Shown piece by piece: positions 1-8,771 of a stretch of 27,079 bases of DNA. The notes beneath the pieces were generated by a model that worked only from the letters and a program-made list of their open reading frames with translations, searched no databases and was not told the DNA's origin. The DNA is from Dehalococcoidia bacterium (GTDB lineage: Bacteria > Chloroflexota > Dehalococcoidia > JAZGDP01). Positions within the stretch are counted from its first letter, which is position 1, and each line of letters begins with the position of its first letter. The translations under genes were made by a program, and so were the position numbers. Location: contig JAZGDP010000093.1 of NCBI GenBank assembly GCA_036477885.1, forward strand, positions 1-27,079, written 5' to 3'.

Positions 1-1
1 T

Positions 2-448
2 GTGACCACGGTGAAGAACTATAACCCCGTGACCTACTATGAGAAACTCATCGAGATATTTTGCCACATGATATCTGGGAACATGCTGCTCAAGAGGCTA
101 CAAACAACCTCCGGCATGATCCGCTTCTTGTACCTGCTACGAGCCCACCACATGCGGCGAACGCTGGGGGCATTCCGAAATATCGTCGAATTGATGAAGA
201 CAGACCTACAGTTCAGGGCTTTTCACGAAGGCGAATCACAAACTTTGCCAGAGTTTTATCACTATCAGTACGAGCGTGCACTGGGTCCCTATGCAACCCT
301 CTTATCCCGCGAGGATCGTCAGCCCTTGCTCCTTAAAACGCAGCCTGCTTTGGCCCCCTCAAGGCATCGAGGAGATAAGAAATATAACACTGAACTCGAC
401 GTAGTAATACCTGCCCTTGTCTCTACGCCCGCCTCCAGATCTAAATAG
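2..448 (+). CDS. C-terminal part of a gene cut by the window edge; resembles the C-terminus of B12-binding radical SAM proteins
   Basis: Open from the window edge to TAG at 446-448. No catalytic motif is visible; the family guess rests on recalled similarity of KNYNPVTYYEKLIE and FHEGESQTLPEFY. Confidence 0.4.
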   Translation: MTTVKNYNPVTYYEKLIEIFCHMISGNMLLKRLQTTSGMIRFLYLLRAHHMRRTLGAFRNIVELMKTDLQFRAFHEGESQTLPEFYHYQYERALGPYATLLSREDRQPLLLKTQPALAPSRHRGDKKYNTELDVVIPALVSTPASRSK

Positions 449-519
449 CCCAGAGGGGTTTAATCACACAAAATATTGAAGTGGGTATCCAAGTTATTCA
501 TCAGGTGGTCGGGATACCC

Positions 520-1607
520 TCAATTTTCTGGCAGGCGGATGACCGAGCGCAGGGTTTCACCGTGTTCCATGGCCTCGAAGGCGGCCTCGGTATCCTCTAA
601 GTTGATCACTCGAGTCACCATCCTATCCAAGTCCAGCTCTCCCTGCTGGTACCAGTTGGCCAGAAGTGGGAAGTCCCGCGATGGCAGGCAGTCACCGTAC
701 CAGCTCACTCGCAGGGCGCCGCCCAGGCCGAAGAACTGCATCATGGGCACCTCTATCTTCATAGTAGGGTCCGGGACCCCGATGAGGGTGCATGTGCCTG
801 CCAGATCCCGCGACCAGAGCGCTTGAAGAAGGGTCTGGGGAGTCCCGACAGCTTCGAAGGCGTAGTCCACACCGTTCCCACCGGTAAGCTCCTTGATGGC
901 CTCCACAGGGTCTACTTTACTGGCATTAACTACATCGGTGGCGCCGAACTCCCGTGCCCAGGCAAGCTTGTTCTCGGCTATGTCCACGCCGATGATTTTC
1001 CCAGCACGGGCCAGCTTAGCGCCCATTATGACGCTACAGCCGACACCGCCGCAGCCGAATACAGCGACGCTGCTACCGCGCCGCACCCCTGCGGTATAGA
1101 GCGCCGCGCCTACCCCAGTCATCACCCCACAGCCAATCAAACAGGCCTGTTGGGGTGGACACTCCACGGGGATAGGCACAGCCTGTTTCGCCGCAACGAC
1201 AGTGTGGGTGCAAAAGGTGCCGATGCCGATAGCGGGGCTCAACTTGATGTTTCCCTTTTTAGTATACATTCGCGGCTGGGCATTCAGGCTTGCGGCACAA
1301 AGGTGCGGTTGCCCTATTGCACAGAAGCGACAATGCCCGCACGGAGCGCGCCATGCAAGAACCACATAATCGCCTACCGCTGGTGTGCTGACCTCTTCGC
1401 CCACAGCCTCGACGACTCCCGAGCCTTCATGGCCCAGCAAATAGGGGAAATCTTGCCCAATTTGTAATGAAGGTCGGTATGGCAGACGCTGGTTGCCTGG
1501 ATGCGAACCAGCACTTCGCCCGGACCAGGGGGCTCTATGATGATCTCCTCCACCTCGACCGGCTCACCGGCGCGCCTAGATATCACACCATGTCCCGCTA
1601 TGCTCAT
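520..1607 (-). pseudogene. Zn-dependent alcohol dehydrogenase, S-(hydroxymethyl)mycothiol dehydrogenase (MscR/AdhE2)-like, frameshifted near 1450
   Basis: N-terminal ORF 1374-1607 carries VCHTDLH. ORF 520-1440 carries GHE, the structural Zn site CGHCRFC..C, GCGGVG, RDLAGT and SWYGDCLP. SD GGAGG precedes ATG 1607. The two halves are in different frames. Confidence 0.8.
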
Positions 1608-1732
1608 GGTAGTCCTCCCTAGTTAGTTCAGGATATCTATATGCTACCACAATGCGTCTGGGAGACTAAAACCCATCCTGGCAGCATGCGGTAGGCAAAA
1701 GGTAAGGTAAGGAGAGGGCATACCGTGGCCAA

Positions 1733-1758
1733 GAGTATCCAGAGCAAACTGGATGCTC
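1733..1758. promoter_or_regulatory. 10-6-10 inverted repeat in the divergent adh/cox intergenic region
   Basis: GAGTATCCAG-agcaaa-CTGGATGCTC with one G-T pair, ending 6 bp upstream of the cox -35 box. Confidence 0.4.
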
Positions 1759-1764
1759 CGACAA

Positions 1765-1793
1765 CTGACAAGGTCAATAATACGAGGTATAAT
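1765..1793 (+). promoter_or_regulatory. sigma70-type promoter of the molybdenum hydroxylase operon
   Basis: CTGACA-17 bp-TATAAT, 33 bp upstream of the TTG start. Confidence 0.7.
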
Positions 1794-1826
1794 TAATGCT
1801 CATAAAACAAGAATGGAGAGGGACTA

Positions 1827-2702
1827 TTGAAGTGGATTGACTATGCCAACCCTCGTTCAGTATCGGAAGCCGTGGAGATCCTTGCGCAACACGGGGGTGA
1901 GGCGCTGGTGCTGGCTGGCGGGACAGACATCCTAGTCCAGCTTAGAGCTGGCAACAGACAGCCCGCTATTCTGGTGGACATCAAGGAAATCCCCGAACTG
2001 AATGAGGTGACGTACGACCCTGCAATAGGCCTGACTCTGGGAGCGGCAGTGCCCTGCTACAAGATCTACAGCAATGATGTTGTAGCCTCCGCATACCCTG
2101 GCCTCATCGACTCGGCCTCCTTCATCGGCGGCATTCAGATACAAGGCAGGGCTTCCATCGGTGGCAACCTATGTAATGCCGCTCCTAGCGCGGATGCGGT
2201 GCCAGCGCTGATTGCCCTGGGTGTAACTTGCGAGATTGCAGGACCTAACGGAACGCGAAGAGTCTCCGTCGAGGACTTCTGCACCGGCCCGGGACAGAAC
2301 ATGCTTAATCCCGGAGAGCTGCTGGTAGCTCTCCACTTCCCACCTCCCCCATCAAACTCAGGGGCACGTTACATACGGTTCATCCCCAGGAACGAGATGG
2401 ATATAGCCGTGGCAGGGGCAGGCGTCTCAGTGATACTGGACGATGACAAGCGCACCTTCAAGTCGGCTCGTATCGCTCTCGCCTCGGTGGCCCCTACGCC
2501 TCTTTTCTGCAGGGCTGCCGGGGACGCCCTCGCAGGGCAACCAGTGAATGAAGAGAGCATCCAAACGGCAGCCGCAATCGCCAAAGATGCCGCCAAACCC
2601 ATCACCGACATGCGGGGCACCATCGAGTTCAGAAAACACCTGTGCGAAGTATTGACCCGCAGGGCCCTGAATACCGCTATAGGGAGGGCCACGGAGGCAT
2701 AA
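1827..2702 (+). CDS. Xanthine dehydrogenase family FAD-binding subunit (CoxM/CutM-like)
   Basis: LAGGTD, ASIGGNLCNAAPSAD and DMRGT..FR motifs; TTG start after GGAGAGG. Confidence 0.92.
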   Translation: MKWIDYANPRSVSEAVEILAQHGGEALVLAGGTDILVQLRAGNRQPAILVDIKEIPELNEVTYDPAIGLTLGAAVPCYKIYSNDVVASAYPGLIDSASFIGGIQIQGRASIGGNLCNAAPSADAVPALIALGVTCEIAGPNGTRRVSVEDFCTGPGQNMLNPGELLVALHFPPPPSNSGARYIRFIPRNEMDIAVAGAGVSVILDDDKRTFKSARIALASVAPTPLFCRAAGDALAGQPVNEESIQTAAAIAKDAAKPITDMRGTIEFRKHLCEVLTRRALNTAIGRATEA

Positions 2703-2705
2703 TAG

Positions 2706-3191
2706 ATGCATAGAAAGACATATGTACGCTCGAGAATCAACGGGGAGGACATGGAGTTCCTCTGCGAACCCCGTCAGAGCCTTTTGGAGTGTCTAAGGGA
2801 CATAGTTGGACTCACGGGGACAAAGGAGGGATGCAACGACGGCAACTGCGGTGCATGCACCGTTATCCTTGACGGCAGGATAGTGACCTCCTGCCTCGTG
2901 CTCGGCGTTGAAGCCCATGACAAGGAGATAACCACCATCGAAGGCATCGCCGCCGGTAGCAGCCTGCACCCTATTCAGCAGGCCTTCCTGGAAAACGCAG
3001 CGCTACAGTGCGGTATCTGCACGCCTGGGTTCATCGTGGCCACTAAGGCCCTCTTGGACCAAGAGCCTAACCCCTCGGAGGAGCGAATACGGTTTTGGCT
3101 GGCTAACAACCTATGCCGCTGTACAGGCTACGACAAGATAGTGAGAGCGGTTATGGATGCAGCAAGTAAGACACAGGAGGCTAAGGCATGA
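2706..3191 (+). CDS. (2Fe-2S)-binding subunit (CoxS/CutS-like)
   Basis: GTKEGCNDGNCGAC, QCGICTPG and NLCRCTGY. Confidence 0.95.
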   Translation: MHRKTYVRSRINGEDMEFLCEPRQSLLECLRDIVGLTGTKEGCNDGNCGACTVILDGRIVTSCLVLGVEAHDKEITTIEGIAAGSSLHPIQQAFLENAALQCGICTPGFIVATKALLDQEPNPSEERIRFWLANNLCRCTGYDKIVRAVMDAASKTQEAKA

Positions 3192-5494
3192 GCACCACAG
3201 ATTACGAACACAGTGTGGTCTTGGTTACCCAAAAGTACGACGTTGTGGGCACACGCCCAATCCGGCACGATGGGGTGGACAAGGTGACAGGGAGGGCCCT
3301 TTATGGGGCCGACTTTCAAACCGCCGGGCTGTTATACGGTAGGATACTGCGAAGCCCCCACGCCCACGCACGAATTAAATCCATCGACACCAGCAAGGCC
3401 GAGACATACCCCGGTGTCCGTGCGGTGGTGACCGCCAAGGATTTCCCGCTCATGGAGTCCAATGAGATACTTACCTTAGGTGAGCTGATTGTTAACCTGA
3501 AACATCTACGAAGCAACGTGTTGGCCAGCGATAAGGTCCTTTATAAGGGTCAGCCGGTGGCCGGCGTAGCCGCGGCAAATCAACATGTGGCCGAAGAGGC
3601 GCTGGGACTGATTGAGGTGGAGTACGAAGTCCTCCCCCCCGTCGTCACGGTGCTGGATGCGCTGAAAGAGGACACTCCCATTCTACACGAGAACCTGAGA
3701 ACCGAGGAGTTCGGCCAGAAGGCTGACAAGGCGAGCAACGTGGCCTCTCATTTCCAGCATAGGCTAGGCGACGTTGAAAAGGGGTTCGCCGACGCAGACG
3801 TAGTGATCGAGCGTGAGTTTCACACCAAGACAGTTCATCAGGGCTACATCGAACCTCATAACGCCACCTGCTTCTGGAACAAGGATGGTAAGGTCACCAT
3901 CTGGTGCAGCACCCAGGGCCCCTTCGAGGTAAAAGACGCAACAGCCTATGTGCTGGGGCTCAATGTCTCCGATGTCAAGCTGGTCCCCATGGAGATTGGC
4001 GGGGGTTTCGGAGGGAAGTTCGAGCCGTATGGAGAGCCCGTTGCGGTGCTGCTGTCCAGAAAGACGGGTCATGCCGTGAAGATAGTGATGACCCGAGCCG
4101 AGGAGTTCGAAAGCACGGGTCCCACACCGGGCTCTTATATCAAGGTCAAGATGGGAGCCACCAAGGAGGGGAAAATCATTGCTGCCCAGGCCTATCTGGC
4201 CTACGAGGCCGGAGCCTTCCCGGGTTCGCCGGTGGATCTCGGAGCATTATGCGTCTTCGGGCCATATGACATACCCAACGTGCTCATCGACGGCCTAGAT
4301 GTTGTGGTCAACAAGCCCAAGACGGCAGCCTACAGGGCACCCGGGGTCACCAATGCCTCCTTTGCCTCGGAGACGGTGATAGACGAGCTGGCAAAGGGAC
4401 TGAAGATCGACCCTCTGGAGTTCCGGTTGCTCAACGCCGCTAAAGAAGGAACCCGCCGAGCCGATGGAGTGGCCTACTCAGGCATAGGCTGCGTTGAGGT
4501 CATGGAGGCGCTAAAGGGCCATCCCCACTGGATGGCGCCTCTGGAGGGGCCCAACCGGGGCAGGGGGATAGCCCTAGGCTACTGGATGAACGGGGGTGGC
4601 CCGTCGAGCTGCACTATCAAAGTGAACGCCGACGGCACCGTCAACTTGAGCGAAGGCTCGCCCGACATCGGTGGCACTCGGACTTCGGTGGCAATGCAGG
4701 CCGCCGAGGTGCTGGGAATCCCCGCCGAGGACGTTCACCCTACCGTGGTAGACACCGACGCAGTTGGGTACACCACAGGCACAGGTGGGAGCAGCGTTAC
4801 CTTCAAGACCGGCTGGGCAGCCTACGAGGCGGCCCAGGATGTAAGACGTCAAATGATTGAGCGCATCGCCATGATCTGGGACGTGGCCCCCGACTCCCTG
4901 GAACTGAACAAAGGCATGTTTCTCTCCAAGTCCAACTCGGAGCTGAAGATGACCTTTAAAGAGCTTGCGGCCCAATTGGAACAAACCGGAGGGCCTATTG
5001 TGGGTTGTGGCAATGTTCAGCCAAGTGGCATCGGAGGCGCATTCGCCGGCTGCATCGCTGATGTGGAAGTAGACCCGGAGACGGGAAAGGTAGACATACG
5101 GCGGTTCACCGTGGTCCAGGACGCCGGCAAGGCCATCCACCCCAGCTATGTGGAGGGACAGATGCAGGGAGGGAGCGTTCAGGGCATAGGTTGGGCTCTG
5201 AATGAAGAGTATTACATGAGCGAAAGCGGGCAAATGATGAATTCCAGCTTGCTGGACTATCGCATGCCCATCAGCCTTGACCTGCCGATGATAGATACAG
5301 TCATAGTGGAAGTGCCCAACCCAGGGCATCCCTTCGGAGTACGGGGTGTAGGCGAGGTTAGCATCATTGCTCCACCAGCCGCCATAGCCAACGCTATCTA
5401 TAATGCTGTAGGCATACGGATGGATAGATTACCCATGAACCCCGGTGCCATCATGGAAGCCATCTGGGAGAAACAGAGAGAACAAAAGAAGTGA
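3188..5494 (+). CDS. Xanthine dehydrogenase family molybdopterin-binding subunit, substrate unknown
   Basis: DKVTG, GGGFGGK, AYRAPG loop and GVRGVGE; ATGA overlap with the small subunit. Confidence 0.92.
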   Translation: MSTTDYEHSVVLVTQKYDVVGTRPIRHDGVDKVTGRALYGADFQTAGLLYGRILRSPHAHARIKSIDTSKAETYPGVRAVVTAKDFPLMESNEILTLGELIVNLKHLRSNVLASDKVLYKGQPVAGVAAANQHVAEEALGLIEVEYEVLPPVVTVLDALKEDTPILHENLRTEEFGQKADKASNVASHFQHRLGDVEKGFADADVVIEREFHTKTVHQGYIEPHNATCFWNKDGKVTIWCSTQGPFEVKDATAYVLGLNVSDVKLVPMEIGGGFGGKFEPYGEPVAVLLSRKTGHAVKIVMTRAEEFESTGPTPGSYIKVKMGATKEGKIIAAQAYLAYEAGAFPGSPVDLGALCVFGPYDIPNVLIDGLDVVVNKPKTAAYRAPGVTNASFASETVIDELAKGLKIDPLEFRLLNAAKEGTRRADGVAYSGIGCVEVMEALKGHPHWMAPLEGPNRGRGIALGYWMNGGGPSSCTIKVNADGTVNLSEGSPDIGGTRTSVAMQAAEVLGIPAEDVHPTVVDTDAVGYTTGTGGSSVTFKTGWAAYEAAQDVRRQMIERIAMIWDVAPDSLELNKGMFLSKSNSELKMTFKELAAQLEQTGGPIVGCGNVQPSGIGGAFAGCIADVEVDPETGKVDIRRFTVVQDAGKAIHPSYVEGQMQGGSVQGIGWALNEEYYMSESGQMMNSSLLDYRMPISLDLPMIDTVIVEVPNPGHPFGVRGVGEVSIIAPPAAIANAIYNAVGIRMDRLPMNPGAIMEAIWEKQREQKK

Positions 5495-5497
5495 ATC

Positions 5498-5761
5498 ATG
5501 GCTACGGTGTATATACCTTCCCTGATGCGGGACCTCACAGGAGGACAGGACAAGATAGAGGTGCCCGGCTCCACTGTGCGGCAGATCATCGACAACCTGG
5601 ATAGCGCATATCCTGGCATAAGGGACAGACTGGTGGAAAACAACCGGATCAGGCCGAACATCTCCGTGGCCATTGACGGGCAAGTGGCACCCCTGGGTAT
5701 GCTTGAGAAGGTGGGAGAGGATAGCGAGGTCAACTTTCTGCCAGCCATCGGGGGTGGCTAG
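5498..5761 (+). CDS. MoaD/ThiS family sulfur carrier
   Basis: 87 aa, ubiquitin-like pattern, C-terminal PAIGGG. Confidence 0.9.
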   Translation: MATVYIPSLMRDLTGGQDKIEVPGSTVRQIIDNLDSAYPGIRDRLVENNRIRPNISVAIDGQVAPLGMLEKVGEDSEVNFLPAIGGG

Positions 5762-5871
5762 CTAAATAGAGACGGCTACTTGCCTATCTACGAGAATCGG
5801 GTACGATGGCCTCAGGAGAATTTCATTATCCATAAAGCCTACAGGGAATAGAGTCACATCGAAGATGTGGT

Positions 5872-5948
5872 TGGCGACCCCGACCGGATTCGAACCGGCG
5901 ATCTCCACCGTGACAGGGTGGCATGTTAGTCCGCTACACCACGGGGCC
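5872..5948 (-). tRNA. tRNA-Asp(GTC)
   Basis: Acceptor stem GGCCCCG/CGGGGTC, anticodon arm CCACC-CT GTC AC-GGTGG, T-loop GGTTCGAATCC and encoded CCA; 77 nt. Confidence 0.97.
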
Positions 5949-6181
5949 GCGGTTATGGGAATTACTATTGGGCATGGAAGTCGATAGTATTCCTATTATA
6001 AAACTGTCGCATCTTACGCAAGCCCAGTACCCCTACCACCAGAATTATACCTCAAGTTAAACTCTTTTGTCACAGGCCAGCCTCTAGTCGTTTATCCTGA
6101 CAGGCATAGTCCACCTTTTTGTTGTAAGAACGCTCAGGGTACTTCCCCCCGAAGACCCATTGATCCTGATGGATCGAAAGA

Positions 6182-7318
6182 TTATTGACTGCCTTGTTCT
6201 CCTCGACCGTACTTAGAGTCCGGCACCACCACTACCTTGCCGAACTGTTTCCGGTCAGCCAGATAGGCTACTGCCTCTCTAGCCTGAGACAGAGGGAATA
6301 CTCTATCCACTACCGGCCTCAACTTGTCTGCCTCAAATTGCTGAAGGATGTCCAAGAGCTCGTGTTTGGACCCCATCAGGGACCCCATAACAGTGGCCTC
6401 TTTAAACAGCATCCGCCCCATGTTTATCCGGGCCCAGTTTCCCAGGGTGCACCCGCAGTTGACCAAACGGCCCCCTGGAGCCAGGGCCTCTACGCTTTGC
6501 TCCATTAGTTCCCCAGAGAGGCTGTCTATAACTACATCGACCCCTCGATTTTCGGTGAGGCGCATGACTTCTTGGCATAGGGAGCTGGTGGTGTAATTTA
6601 TGCCTCCTTCGGCTCCCAGTGAGAGGCCTTTGTTAATCTTGGCCTTGGAGCCGGCGCTGGCCAATACCCGTGCACCGAGGAGACAGGCTATCTGCACGGC
6701 GGCGATACCCACTCCACTACCGACGGCGTTAACTAGGACAGTCTCCCCAGGGCGTACCCTGGCCTTACCTACCAGCATGTGCCAAGCGGTTAGAAACGCG
6801 ATGGGCAGAGAGGCAGCATCTGTTAGGGAAAGCGAGGGGGGAACAGGTACAACGTTCCATTCCGGAGCCAGGGTGTACTCCGCCATGCCACCATCCCTAT
6901 CTGACCCGAAAGTGCCTGAAGATTGGCAAAGGTTATCTCGGCCGCTGAGGCAGAAATAGCAGTTGTGACACACCAAAGAAGGGAAAAGGACGACCCGATC
7001 GCCGGGTTTTACGGACTTGATTCCCTCCCCTACTGACTTTACTATGCCAGCGATATCAGCGCCAGGTATCCTGGGCTCACTTCGGAGGTGGTCCCGGGGA
7101 GCTTGAACCGCCCATACGTCCAGATGGTTTAGCCCACAACCCCACACCTCCACCAGCACCTCGCCTGCCTTTGGGGAAGGATCCGGTACCTCTTGATACT
7201 GAAGCCGTTCCAGGCTCAGCCCCTTGTGCATACGTATCTCTCTTTTCCAGGTTTCATGGTCGTCCACAAAATAGTGGCTTAGGTAATCGCCGCTTTGGAT
7301 CAGTTGAACCGCATTCAT
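6182..7318 (-). CDS. MDR superfamily oxidoreductase (quinone oxidoreductase/Zn-ADH-like)
   Basis: CGLNHLD, structural CHNCYFC..C, AVGSGVG and FGKVVV. Start placed at ATG 7318 because GGGGGAG precedes it. Confidence 0.88.
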   Translation of the reverse strand: MNAVQLIQSGDYLSHYFVDDHETWKREIRMHKGLSLERLQYQEVPDPSPKAGEVLVEVWGCGLNHLDVWAVQAPRDHLRSEPRIPGADIAGIVKSVGEGIKSVKPGDRVVLFPSLVCHNCYFCLSGRDNLCQSSGTFGSDRDGGMAEYTLAPEWNVVPVPPSLSLTDAASLPIAFLTAWHMLVGKARVRPGETVLVNAVGSGVGIAAVQIACLLGARVLASAGSKAKINKGLSLGAEGGINYTTSSLCQEVMRLTENRGVDVVIDSLSGELMEQSVEALAPGGRLVNCGCTLGNWARINMGRMLFKEATVMGSLMGSKHELLDILQQFEADKLRPVVDRVFPLSQAREAVAYLADRKQFGKVVVVPDSKYGRGEQGSQ

Positions 7319-7457
7319 AAGCTCCCCCACAGGTTATACTCATCCACGAGGTTTATATAGGCGAGGCAAAAATCAGGAATGAGCAAACCCTCTTTCACGC
7401 GGAATCTACCCTAGCGCTCATAGGTGCTCCCTCATTCAATTGTTACCCATGAGCTAT

Positions 7458-8708
7458 CTACTCCAGCAGACGCCAATCAAAGGGGGCCTGGGTGATGACT
7501 TCAGGGCCATTGGCAGTGATGAGTACCGCCTCTCCCAGTTTCACTCCTTCCCTGGCCCCTTCCCTACCTGCGTAGGCCTCTACACACATAACCATATCCT
7601 CCTCCAGTTGACCCTCGTAGTTCCCCATACCACTCCAGCTTCTGTCGGTAAAGTAGATGGCTGGCCACTCATCACGCATGCCCAGCCCGTGACCTAGAAC
7701 TGCGTAGCGGTTAGCTTTATACTCTTCGGGCCAAGGAGGTGACTTTTCCGCTATCTCCTGGAGGGTCATGCCTGGCCGGAATAATGGTATCGACTCATAG
7801 ATGATGTCGTAGGCGAGCTTGTAGGCCTCCTTCTGTTCAGAGTTAGGTCTATCACCACATAAATATGTCCTGGACATGCAAACGAAATACCCCATCGGCC
7901 CCGCCATATCGGTATCGAAGCCCACCAGGTCTCCCGTCCTAACGATGCGATCCGAGGCTTCCCGGTACCAGGGATTGGTGTTGCCGCCGGCGGCTAAAAA
8001 TTTAGAGTCCTGGTGTTCCCCGCCGAAACGTAGATTGGTGCTGGCAAGGATGGCATAGAGTTCATTTTCAGTTACTCCGGGACGAAGGGCCTCCCTGACA
8101 GCACAGCACGCCACGTCTGCTATAGCACACGTCTGCCGCATCAGGGCTATCTCATCCTTAGTTTTGACGGCATGGGCATGCTCCAGTACCGATTGTCCGT
8201 CCACAAACTTGATGTCCTGCTCGAGCAGTGCGTGGGCGGTGAGGGCCTCGAGGCGATCCACCCCCAATGGCTCATTAACTATACCCATCTCTTCCAGGGC
8301 CACCTTTAACTCCATTCCCCACCTTTGAGCTACCTCTTCATTGAAGGTGCCGGACACGAAGTAGTTACACGACTGGGCTGGCCTTAGCTTGATCCCTTCC
8401 AAGTCCTTCAGATGCTGATCTCCCTGATTCAGATCAGTAAAGAGAACCACATCCCCCTCTCTGGGCACCACGCAGTAACGATGTGCAGTATGCATGGAGA
8501 AAATCTGGACAAATCGAGTTCCGGTAGCGTAGCGCACGTTTATTGGATCGTATAGAAGGACACCTCCCAGGTCCCGTTTGGCTAGCTCCGCTTGTATACG
8601 CGCTATCCGCTCTCGCCGTAACCGGCGTATATCCACTCGCTCATCGTAGTCCACCGCCTGCTGGCCTATGAGGTCTCGTTGATGGATCTCCTTGACTCCC
8701 TTAAACAT
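7458..8708 (-). CDS. M24 (pita-bread fold) protein, DddP/Xaa-Pro peptidase-like
   Basis: YDPINVRYATG, NPWYRE, FDTDM, HGLGMRDEWP and CVEA. Start placed at ATG 8708 after AAGGAGG. Confidence 0.85.
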   Translation of the reverse strand: MFKGVKEIHQRDLIGQQAVDYDERVDIRRLRRERIARIQAELAKRDLGGVLLYDPINVRYATGTRFVQIFSMHTAHRYCVVPREGDVVLFTDLNQGDQHLKDLEGIKLRPAQSCNYFVSGTFNEEVAQRWGMELKVALEEMGIVNEPLGVDRLEALTAHALLEQDIKFVDGQSVLEHAHAVKTKDEIALMRQTCAIADVACCAVREALRPGVTENELYAILASTNLRFGGEHQDSKFLAAGGNTNPWYREASDRIVRTGDLVGFDTDMAGPMGYFVCMSRTYLCGDRPNSEQKEAYKLAYDIIYESIPLFRPGMTLQEIAEKSPPWPEEYKANRYAVLGHGLGMRDEWPAIYFTDRSWSGMGNYEGQLEEDMVMCVEAYAGREGAREGVKLGEAVLITANGPEVITQAPFDWRLLE

Positions 8709-8771
8709 GGGCCCCTCCTTCCTGGACAACCTCGTAAGTAAACCCGAGATTGTCTTATAGATTTACCCTGC

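Noticed and set aside
1444-1450. Programmed -1 frameshift at TTTCCCC in adh
   Set aside because: The heptamer is not in the upstream reading frame, C-runs are poor slippery sites, and about three codons are missing relative to homologues.
823-1467. 214-aa plus-strand ORF
   Set aside because: Antisense shadow of the adh gene with no motifs.
4574-5329. 251-aa minus-strand ORF
   Set aside because: Antisense shadow of the Mo subunit; the same applies to the many short antisense ORFs over merA, fusA and the ribosomal genes.
1827-5494. Aerobic CO dehydrogenase
   Set aside because: It lacks the AYxCSFR Cu-binding loop and the cox accessory genes.
5853-5948. tRNA-Asp as an integration site
   Set aside because: No duplicated tRNA 3' end, integrase or transposase is visible in the window; only a short hairpin (CACATC-GAA-GATGTG) follows the tRNA.
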